DNA of 64,000 nt from Tubulanus polymorphus (taxonomy: Eukaryota > Animalia > Nemertea): contig NC_134032.1 in the NCBI RefSeq assembly GCF_964204645.1, positions 12,574,275 through 12,638,274 of the forward strand, in the 5' to 3' direction. Below are positions 51,649 to 62,700 of the stretch, in pieces. The translations under genes were made by a program, and so were the position numbers. The first letter of the stretch is position 1. Every line of letters starts with the position of its first letter. The notes beneath the pieces were generated by a model that searched no databases, had not been told where the DNA came from, and saw nothing but the letters and a program-made list of their open reading frames with translations.

Positions 51649-52216
51649 TCTAAGCCATTTGTTAATGAGCAATTTGTCCAAGCTATATATACGATAATTG
51701 TCAGTTAATCAATAATCATAGCGCAAAACAAGGCACAGAGTATGGCTCTGGGGAATGATTTGGATCAATTTAAGCTTTGTTTCATTCTAGATTTGTCAAA
51801 GTGCTGAGACGTAATCATAGTTTCTAAAAGATCCGCAGTCCATAGTTTTCCCCATATTACACCAGCTCTCGATAGAGCCCTAGACACTATTTTATACATC
51901 TTTCCCCCAGAAATTCATTAATGCAATGGGTAAAGCAGCATATAATATATACTGTAAAGTGCCTGAATGTTTATAAATGTATCAATATACTATTTGTAAA
52001 AAAATCTATTAACCGACGATAAAGTTTAATTGATATATATCTTTACAAGTAAAGCCAGCCTTTATGTAAACGGGGCCCTAAAATATCTAGACCAGAAAAA
52101 TTTTTTATCAAACATTATAAGTATTGAATGATTGCTAATATCTAAGCGATTGGTTAATTAGTAAATTGTCCTATCTCTATATCTTGATTGTCAGTTAAAC
52201 AATAGTCATATGAGGC
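51649..52216 (+). repeat. ~565-bp direct duplication, copy 2
   Basis: Near-identical to 42303-42866. Confidence 0.9.
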
Positions 52217-52822
52217 TGGCCTTTATTTTAAGGGACCTCACTCATTGATTTCGTCTAATAGTGTAAATATTTAAGCAATCATTGCCCTAGTTATATTTCA
52301 TTTTACTATCAACAATATACCGGCCACAGAGCCTCAATAATAAAGTAGTGCGGAGATGCCGAGCTTGACCAGCGTCTCTATCCTTTCCAGTGCCTATGCA
52401 TTTTGCTCCAGGTATGAAAAATCAACTTAGCTTTATGTCCCGGTATGTATGCATTCCTGTTGCTTATGCAGAATGAGGTCAAGACTGTCAGGTTCGGTTG
52501 CAGCAGGTCTCTCGGTGGTTGGTTTATTCAAGGTGGAGTCTTTTGTGGTCACTTCTGGTGGGTAGATTTTAGGTTGATATCACGCTGGGCCTTTCCAGAT
52601 TTAGTTTAGCTGAAATGAGTAAAAGAACGATATTCTGTAGTTACACAATCCTTTCTGTATCATACATCGTAATTTACATGTGTATCAACTTAACTTTCAA
52701 TATTGCTGAGTTCAGTGTTCTTTTTTCGGCATAGTCTTCTTTGTAGTCGCCTTCAGCATCTTCTTCTTCATCTTGGGAATCCTGAAATATAAAAAAAGAG
52801 AAGAGCGATGAAAACCTGGTAC

Positions 52823-53020
52823 GGAACAAAACTAATGTCCGAAAGCTTTTAAGCTCTCCGTCGTCGGTCACATGCCGAGAACACCAGACAATGAGCCAGC
52901 CAGGAATATACTGCCCTCTACACGCCCTCACACAGAACGCGAAAACCAGGATGACAACGCCTCACATTCCCCATCTAACTGCAGGATGTACTGGGCGACG
53001 TCAGTAACGGACACACCTGT
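52823..53020 (+). mobile_element. 3' fragment of an RTE-like LINE ORF2 (degenerate)
   Basis: Translates with frameshifts to KLSVVGHMPRTPDNEPARNIL...RKPG*QRLTF, resembling the RRLxxxGHxxR...RxxGRP C-terminal motif of RTE-clade reverse transcriptases. Confidence 0.5.
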
Positions 53021-53084
53021 AAAATTGCACGAAACACAAATAGTGCAGTACAACCAGCTTGACCGGGTTGAGATTCAGGATCTC

Positions 53085-53365
53085 AACTAGCACCCAAAAG
53101 CGTGACAAGAGACTTCATCCACTGACCGAGGTTATCACAAGGACACAATGAAACTAGCACTCACAAGCCGACGAGAGACTTCATCCACTGACCGAGGTTA
53201 TCACAAGGACACAATGAAAACTAGCACTCAAACTAGAAATCAAAGAGCGTGACAGTAGAATCATCCCTCAGCCGACTCAGAATACCAGAAACAAAGAGCG
53301 TGACAGTAGAATCATCCCTCATCCGGGCGGTCACAAGGACACAATGAATGCTAGTAGCGTGACAA
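53085..53365 (+). repeat. Short tandem duplications between the two LINE fragments
   Basis: GAGACTTCATCCACTGACCGAGGTTATCACAAGGACACAATGAAA x2; CAAAGAGCGTGACAGTAGAATCATCCCTCA x2. Confidence 0.75.
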
Positions 53366-53404
53366 TCCAGTATAACCACTCCATTTGTATCCCGCGCAAT
53401 CCCG

Positions 53405-53600
53405 CAGATATGCCCGTCATTGACATCACTCAGCACACTTTGTAGATAGGTGGGGGCAGTGAGGCCTCGTCATCCTGGTTTTCGTGTTCCGTATGAGGGC
53501 GTGCAGAGGGCAGAATTTCCTGACCGACTCTTTGTCTGACATCCTCGACACATGACCGGCGAAGGAGAGCCGACGCTTTCGGACATTAGTTTTGTCCCAG
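53405..53600 (-). mobile_element. Inverted second copy of the RTE-like LINE fragment
   Basis: RKRRLSFAGHVSRMSDKESVRK; shares ACAAAACTAATGTCCGAAAGC, CTGCCCTCT-CACGCCCTCA and CGAAAACCAGGATGAC with 52823-53020. Confidence 0.55.
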
Positions 53601-55689
53601 CAAACGTTGAAATTCGACAGAGAAATCGGCCCTGAAAAATAAAACGGGTTAATTGCTGAAAAATAGAACGGATTAATTAACACGGAACAGTACACGACAG
53701 CACGGAGACGAACAGTAACACATAAAACATAAAGACGTCGTTCCTCAGGAAGCAGGAACAGGAGCAGGAGCGGGAGCGCAGCGAAGATCGCCAGGAGGAG
53801 AATCCACGGTAGCATGTTCACAGTGTGAGTAAGCTGAAGTGAATGGCCTATGCTTGTGTACACCGTGGTCAGCCGGTGACGTATTCGATAGCGCGTATAA
53901 ATGATATCAACAACTCTGAAAAACCGCAATTGTGTCTCTATTGTTGAATGGATTTACATTATGAAAGGTTCCACCGCTGGGTTGAATACGCACCAGTAGT
54001 CAGCTGAACAATATAATGGAGGAACTTTAATAAGGCCATGAAATAAATTACTTGGTTCCCAACAGCTACTTCCGAATTTATTAGCCGCCGCCTGTTTTTT
54101 TTTCTTAAATTCTAGAATAATTTATAATACCGACCGACAGCACTTCAGTTAAAGATTCACACCAACACAGGTCTTCATATCATAGAAACCGCGTAAACGT
54201 TTACTAATGAAATTAGTTTATTAGTCACAATTTCGAAAGGACAGTTCATTCACCCCGAGATAACTAACTCACACCATGCACGAGGAAAGCGGTCTATTTG
54301 AGTCATTGGTCAAAACCCACTAATACCATGTATTCACGCGGATTAATCATCATTCATGCTGTTATCACAGAATCCCGTCAATAGACAGATTTTCATTAAA
54401 AAACTCCTTGATTCAATTGAGGGGAGACATATAAGGCTTTTTTAATTACTAAGAGCACCGATCCTCTGAAACTCTGCCAAAAACTTCATGCTTACCACTC
54501 AATTTGTAAAAAAAAACAAATTGTTTTCTTTAATTTTGATACTGGATTAAACGGTACATCATCATGTAAATTTAGGAAAGTCCATATTAGAATTTCGTTT
54601 CGTTCTAATTTACTCTTATCCCATTTTTGATTTTGAGTATGGCGGTATCGCGTTCAGGGTCAGTCTGTCCATGAGGATACTAGTTGTGATAAGTCAGACA
54701 AGTCATGATTAGGCATTAAAGCAATTCACTAAGTGAAAAAGTGCCACCTGCCACTTTTTTCCGCATTAAGCGTTATATTTTGCTTAAGTCTACAAAAATC
54801 ATGTCATCATTGATGCCGGTCCTCTGATAGAAGAAAAATAAACTCAAAAGGAAAACCATTCAGTAAATGATATAATATTGAGTTTATTAATCACAATGCA
54901 ATAAAAGTGGTAATTTTCAATTTGCCTCGTCCAAATTCATACGCTCGCCGTTGTAATGTGGTCACATTTCTCTGATGAAATTAATCCCTTAAGTTCCTTA
55001 AGAAAGTATTTCTTAGTGGTTAATTATTGATAGAAAAGTCTGTAAAACATTCTTTGAACGGACTTCAGGGCACCAGGGCCCCTGTTCGAACACATGTATT
55101 TGCAAATACACTGAGCAAGAGCATGTGCACTGGGAATAAAATGGCGGAAACTCTAGTGAAAAAATCGCAAAATGGGCACCTGGACCCGCTCGGACCTGAT
55201 AATCAGAGATGAAACAAAATTTTCTATTTCATAATAAAAATTACAATTTTATTCTTTTATTCAAGTATTTAACGCTATCAATCACAGTGTACTGTTCAAT
55301 TATTGCATTGCCAATAATAACTATAATTTCATTAACTAAAAAAATCTAATTTCAAATCACCCCTGAATTCTAAAACCATTCAAAAACAATCATTTTTCAA
55401 TTAAAATGATATAAACTGTTATACATATAAATATATATATACATAAAATACCTGACATTACCGGTAACTGCAAACAGAAGAAATATGGAACTATTTTCTA
55501 ACCATGGTACATGGTTATCAATTTGAATACAATAAGTTTAAGTAGTGTAGCTACAAAAAGCCTAGAGTGAATTCCCCTGTAACCAAACAAATATGTTCAT
55601 ATAAAGCAAAAACAGCACAATCATCGCTAAATGGGGTCTTGACAGGAGCCAGTCACATAGCTGATGATCTGGTCAGTCGGTCACAACAT

Positions 55690-55925
55690 CTCACAAGCCA
55701 GATATTTGCTAGTCTAGATGTCTACCAGTTAAGGTATTTCTAGGACTAGAACATCAGATGATCCATGTAGATGATCTGGACAAGTCTTTAGACGTCTGCC
55801 AGTCCCTAACATTTGTCATTCCCTAGACTTCTGTCAGTCACTCTTAATATCTGCAACTCTCCAGCCATCTGCCAGTTTCTTGACTTCTGCCAGTCTGCAG
55901 TCTCTAGACATCTGCCAGTCTCTTG
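55690..55925 (-). repeat. Degenerate ~20-bp tandem repeat in the SLC25A32 3' UTR
   Basis: TCTAGACATCTGCCAGTC-like units repeated immediately after the stop codon. Confidence 0.6.
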
Positions 55926-55944
55926 ATGCTAGTACTGGTCATCA

Positions 55945-58789
55945 TCAGGATTTCTTCAGTAAAGAGGAAATAACGTTTTCGTAAACGACGAACGTGATAC
56001 AACAGGCCGGGGTAACACGCAATAAACTCGGCGCCAATCCCTTATAGAATCCATAAACACCTTCAAATCTGAAACAGAATCAATCCAAATGTAAATCAAA
56101 AATAGGTAGCATTGAACGTCCAGCTACAGTGTAAAGTGTGAACGATCAGTTTTTGAGAGTGTGCTGATAAAACGTTTCGATGTCTGGTGTTTGTAGTTAA
56201 TTTTCTATCAAATGTCCCAGGTGGACAAACAGCTTTCAAAAGTGTGCTGATAAAATGTCTAACATTTGCATTTCACTTATAACAACTGACCATCCAAATT
56301 TCACACGTGTTCAGGACTTCACCGGAGACATTTCAAATTGAAAATGTCTCAGGTGAAGTACGAGACACGTAAAACCTGTATGAGTGGAAGGTGGAGAGTT
56401 GAGGCCACAGGTTAAAACTTGCATCGGGGTATCAATCATTGCAAATGAACGCCATTTCATTCTGTAGTGAATCTTAACTAAATTACAACTGAGGTATTGG
56501 AGCAAGGGTCCTAACAGGCGGCATGGGGTGCATCTAATTACCTCCACGTTTCCTTGATAACGTGTAAGATACCGTTGTATCGTCGATGTTGATCCTGTAA
56601 CCGCGAACGCACGACCTGATACGGATATGTCGAGCTCGCCGCGAATATCTTCGACAACGCCGCGAATACTATATATTCAAGAGGGTTCTGAAAATATTCA
56701 GGAAAATGTTTTTCATTTTAATTTTGCACTGTGGAAATAAAATTTCCCCGTGAAACAGTGTTTACTGATACTACTGGTACGTACTAGTTTAGTATTGATA
56801 GGTGTGTTACGATAATTATTGTAGAGATTCTTCATTTCTTCGTAAGCCATGAATTGCAGCGCTCCGTGAGATACTCCGAACGCTCCCGGCAAAAATCCCT
56901 AAAAAATAAAACATATACAAAGCCCGTGATAAAAAGCCCTTTAAACTGGGATTCATGGCCAACTTAAAAAATATCCTCTTGATGCAGGTATCACTTTTAA
57001 AAGTGAGCCGAGACCAGATTTAAGCTAAAGTTTGCTGTTACACTCAAATTTTGGTTTAATTGCTTAAATCCTCTTGATTATTTCACAATTTCATCAATGA
57101 GAACAACAATCTAACTGCACTTTGATGAAATATTCCAAATGTCTTGTGTTTGTCATTCATTTTCAATTAAAAGCAAGCCTGGAAAATCAAAAATTGTGAT
57201 AAAGTATTGAATGTCTGAGGGGATGCAGGGTCCAGGCCATGGATTGATATAAATGGCTAACAAAAAGTAATTTCGATGTTATGATTATAACTTTATTCTT
57301 ACCTTATAAAGTCCGGCGATGCCCTCGGTTTTACCAATTTTCACCAGAGCGTCGAACATGCCTTTATAATAGACGCCTCGTGTGTTGGCGACTGTCTGCC
57401 CAGACGAGGTACCTGCAGTGAGTGAGCGATCGTATTGTAAACACAAACGAGTTTTCGTCACCCAAATCGGGTTCGTGATCACTAACGTCATCAAACCTGA
57501 ATCGGAGAGAGAGAAAAAGGAAAATCATGAGAATTGCTACGAGAGATTTCTAGAGAAATTCTCATTTACGATGGTCTCTAGAGAGGGTAAAAAATGTGCC
57601 TTAGGATAAATAAATATTTTTCTTGATAAATGAATTTTGATTTTTATCTTTTCATTTTGTATAGTTCTAATCATCTGTTCTCCACCTCTTGAGTGTGGCT
57701 AATCTAAAATCGGAGCTAAAAATTGATGAGAATTTCTTTTATGTTTAACGTATTTGTTAAGGTCTAATTCTTTCCTAAAAGTTACAACAAAATTTGAAAG
57801 ATATTTCTCTACGTCCGGAGTTTCAATTGGAGTCTGGAGCGCAATTTCCTACCTGAACCAGCAGCAGCGGTCATATGTTGCGACGGTCTGAGTTGATATT
57901 CTAAATCTCCACTTTGCATCCAATTTTTCCCAGCGTTATAACTATATATAACACAACACAAAGTAAGGAGATAAATTAAGATGGCTGCCTCCAGATATCC
58001 ACCTATGACATCATCAATTTGAGGATCATCATTAATAATGTGAAAGGGGGATTTCTATCTTTCACATATTTTCATTTTTTGAAGAAAGGTACTTACAAAA
58101 AGAAGTAAAATCCCCAGGCAGATCCAGCTCCCCAGACATTAGGCACGACACCGGCGTAAAGTCCACGGACTCCATCCTTTACGTAGATACTGCGCAGGGC
58201 GTGTAGCATCCCGTAATACACGGGTCGTTTAGCAGGTCCATGACCTTCATTTACTGCGAGAAACAAAAACAACTAATTTTGAATTTCCAATTTTTCGATG
58301 AAAATCTCTCGTAGGAAGGGGGGCATGACATTTATTGTCAAAAAGAACGATTTGGTTACACGACAGTGAAAGCCCTAAAGCCCAATTTTACGGACTGCAG
58401 GCGTGGTGGGGATTTAATCATTTTAAATCTAAAAAAATTGAATAAGCCCACTTGTTTAATTCATGACCGGTCTTTAAAACTGGGCCCTAATTCTCAACTA
58501 AAAACTGGTTTTGGCAAGTCAACAAAATTATGTGATTGATACAATAAACGATAGCCTAATAAGGCTAATAACCTATTTTTGATCGACTGATAAGAACATC
58601 ACACTGTCAGCGATGAAAATAAAACCTACCTTGAAATCGGACTTTCAGTAAATCTAACGGGTGTAACGCAAGAGTGGACGCCACGCCTCCTGACACTCCG
58701 GCGGCCAGATGCTCCCACTTCACATGCGAGAAAACTCCACCGCTCAAACTCCTCCGTTTTTCTATTTCAGCCGCCTGTACGCCGCTCAT
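55945..58789 (-). CDS. SLC25A32: Mitochondrial folate/FAD carrier (SLC25 family), 7 exons, ~327 aa
   Basis: Exons 58630-58789, 58097-58253, 57853-57941, 57303-57496, 56785-56898, 56542-56687, 55945-56068, all GT-AG and in phase. Three carrier signatures [24 protein letters not shown] (W in place of D/E is typical of the folate/FAD carrier subgroup) and [11 protein letters not shown]; also [10 protein letters not shown] and [14 protein letters not shown]. Confidence 0.95.
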
Positions 58790-59711
58790 AGCTGCTTGTT
58801 CTACTCGATTTTCTATATCTTACTACGGTGTTTTATCGGGTTTGATCCGGTCTTATCTGCGTCGAGTTCCTGTTATCTTATCATCTTGATTCGCCGCAAA
58901 ACGTGTCGGTTTCTTTTCTTGAACGTGTTCGTTCTAGAAGAAATTCCATGGGCGCTGACATGTTTGATAGGGAAATACACAAGCTCGGGTAAACGGTCAG
59001 AGAAATCTTACCGACGCAAGGGTTTGATAAATAACAACAAACTGATAAATTAAATTTGCTATTTCATTAATCAATGTCGATTTCAGATCGATTCGAAAGT
59101 AAATTTTGTATCACATATTCAAATTCAAATGACTTTATTGAGCCTTGTAACAGAACATCATTGGTAAATACAATAAAGTAATATACGAACGAGATACATA
59201 CAAGGTATCATACAACTAAAATTTACACAGGGACTTGTCACAATTGATAGTGAATGAATAAAACCAATATCAATGACCAGGTCCACTATCCCTGTATAAT
59301 ATAAAAAACAAGGGTGGCAACAAATTTTCAATCTGACAATGACTTCTCCACTTCAATCGACTGTAATTCCAAAAATTCTCAACCGATTCACATGAAATAA
59401 GCTTTAATACAACCTAGAAGACTTTCTGCTTCCAACGAGCCTTTAACCACCACTGTTATTTTATTATACAGTTGCAGGGATACTGGTACCCCCATCATTG
59501 GTCTCATCCATTATCAGTCGTGACAAGTCCCTGTGAAAATTTAGGTGAGAGAAATTATAATAATACATTGAACGATAGAAATTATATTATTATCGCAGGC
59601 AGCAGTGATCACATGACTGTCGCCACCATTTTGTTTGTCAGCTGTCAAAAAATCGAAATAAATTCACTTTTCGGCCGAAAAATCGCCTTCACGTATTGAA
59701 AACTAATCGAA
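58790..59711. promoter_or_regulatory. Divergent promoter region between SLC25A32 and ATP6V1H with M-box/CLEAR-type motifs
   Basis: Start codons are 922 bp apart and head-to-head. TCACATGA at 59388-59395 and TCACATGAC at 59609-59617. Confidence 0.7.
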
Positions 59712-62700
59712 ATGAGTTCGGGACCGAATCAGACGGACGGCAAAAAGGATGACGTCGTGCCTGGAATGGAAAATATTGATAACGGAGGCGGTAAGCGCTG
59801 GAGAATGTTCGCGTTTAAATGCATAATCGCACTAATTATCGAAATAAAACGTTTTATGTTTTCGCTTTTTGTCAGGTATGCTGGCCGCTACCAGTTTGTT
59901 ACAGCAACGGGCGAACGAGATTCGAGCTAAAAGGGTCAACTGGCAGTCTTACCTACAGTGAGTAGATTTATTTGAGCGTTACAAAAATGTGGTGTTGTTC
60001 AAATAAATTTGATCGCCTGGCCCACAACAGGTGCTAAAATAATTGCACCCCTCTCTTCGACTCGATTCAGTTACTTGCTTTGCTTGTACAGAATTAATGT
60101 AGCCTTCCCAGCTGACTACCTTAAACAGTTAAGCTCACTGAAGTAGTTATCATAGCTGGGATGATCGATATATTGATGACTTAAATTCAAATGACAACTG
60201 GCCTATTACTTAGTTTTACTGCTGTAAGATTAAGATATTTTTCGTTGTGTTTCTTGGATTTTTCAATCCAATCATTTCTATATATTTCAGGGGTCAGATG
60301 ATCACTCAAGAGGATTTTAATTTCATCACGCAATTCGATAATTCTACGGCCGAGGGCAGAGTTCAGTTGTTGAGGGAAAAATCAAACCAGGTAAAAACTG
60401 TTCGACTCAGCGAGACGAGAAGATACACAAAATCCGTGTAAGATGATAACGAGAGAAATCCCACAATAACGAAGCCAAAACGAGAAACTTGAATAGAAGA
60501 CTATTCAGTACGTCTGATGATTGCTAATAGTCTTTAGCCGAAACGTTGCGCAAATATATATACTCCTCTATTCAAATTTCTCGTTTTAGCTGAATTTATT
60601 GTGGGATTTCTCTCGTTGTTTGACTCAGAATGCTTTCTTTTTCTAATATTGATGAGTTAACTCTTGATTAACCCTAACCCTTACAATTAGGTTGAGATTT
60701 TCATGTTAAGAAAAAGGAGCAAATTGACGATTAAAATTCTTGTGTTTACGTTTATCAATTTTTTTTCAGTGCGCAAAGACGTTTTTGAATTTGATGGGAC
60801 ACATTTCCAAAGATCAAACTGTACAATACATTCTCACTATGATCGATGATATGTTACAGGTAAAATAATCTTTATCAATCAAAAGTAAAGAAATTAAAAT
60901 TTGGTCGTTAAAATTCTTGTCATTAAGATTTGATCAACACAAATATTAAAATTAATTCCTCAATTTATTGATCATATTTCTTTCAAAAGTAAACCAAGAA
61001 AAATAAACGAAAAATTGAAATCTTTTAATTTTTTTTGTCAAAATTGTTAAAATTAGCGAAATGGAGAAATTTGATTATACAGAAATAATGCTCACTAAAA
61101 ATAGATTAAATTTGATCCAAAAACTATTAGATTTATCACCAAAAAAAATCGAATTTGTTGATATTTTGATGTTGCAGGAGGATAAATCACGTGTTGAAAT
61201 ATTCCGCGAATACACGAAGAAGCGAAATCGCGATTCCGTCTGGGGTCCGTTTCTGAACATGTTAAATCGGCCGGATGGGTTCATTGTCAATCAGGTAAAA
61301 AATTGTATTCATGAAAAATAAATTTGAGTGATGTCACTACATGGTCCAGTCAAATACGCTTTGTTCTTATCAGTTCAATCTGGATTTTGATGTAATCCAG
61401 ACATTTTATGGTCCGACTTTATATTATATTAATGTGTGTAAAATATGATGTTTAATCCATGAATCGGTTAAAGTTCGTCCCAAATTGTAGAAAGAAAGTA
61501 AGAAAAAGTTGAAAATTTGTGGAAATTTTTTTTTTGTTAGACCGGTCGAATAATCGCGAAGATCGCGTGTTGGGGCAAAGATCCGATGGAAGGATCGGAT
61601 TTGATTTATTACCTGACGTGGTTGAAGGATCAGATGCGTATTCCGAACAATGAATATTTACAAACGGTCGCCAGATGTTTACAGATGATGTTACGAATCG
61701 ACGTGTATCGACAAGCTTTTATAGACGTTGATGCTATTACTACGTAAGTTCGAGTGGAAATTTTAGAAATTTAAATGTCTTGAATTTCTTGATTAGTTTA
61801 AGAAATTCAAGAAACATCCGAGCCTAGTGGATCCTCACTTGCCACAAGTTGAATCCTCTATTACCACAGTCGTTGATGTCCTACTGCACACTAGCACACT
61901 TGAAATTCAAGAAAACATCCAAGCCTAGTGGATCCTCACTTGCCACAAGTAGAATCCTCTATTGCCACAGTAGTTGATGTCCTACTCCACACTAGCACAC
62001 CTGGTGGATCCTCACTTGCCACAAGTGGAATCCTCTATTGCTGCAGTAGTTGTTGTTCTACTACGCACTAGCACACCTGGTGGATCCTCACTTGCCACAA
62101 GTAGAATCCTATTACGACAGTCGTTGATGTCCTACTGCACACTAGCACACTTGAAATTCAAGAAAACATCCAAGCCTAGTGGATCCTCACTTGCCACAAG
62201 TAGAATCCTCTATTGCCACAGTAGTTGATGTCCTACTCCACACTAGCACACCTGGTGGATCCTCACTTGCCACAAGTGGAATCCTCTATTGCTGCAGTAG
62301 TTGTTGTTCTACTACGCACTAGCACACCTGGTGGATCCTCACTTGCCACAAGTAGAATCCTATTACCACAGTTGTTGATGTCCTACTGCACACTAGCGCA
62401 CCTGGTGGATCCTCACTTGCCACATTAGTTGTCATGATTTTCATTCGTATTGTTTTTCAGACTGATTGCAGTACTCGGTGATAAAGTCGGATTTCAAATT
62501 CAATATCAACTCATCTTCTGTTTATGGTGTTTAACTTTCAATCCTAAACTAACCGACAAACTGTCAGAGTAAGTGGCTTGAATCGGAAACCTGGTTACTT
62601 GGATGGATTGAATTGTTTTTCAATTATCATTTTTTTACTCTTTTCAGATATAATATCATCCCGATTTTGGCCGACATTTTGACGGAATCGATCAAAGAAA

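Noticed and set aside
53426-53929. 167-aa ORF as a real single-exon gene
   Set aside because: Chimeric: a hydrophobic stretch, a duplicated acceptor-like tract and a frameshifted LINE fragment.
61974-62428. Two near-identical plus-strand ORFs ([17 protein letters not shown]...)
   Set aside because: Translation of the intronic minisatellite.
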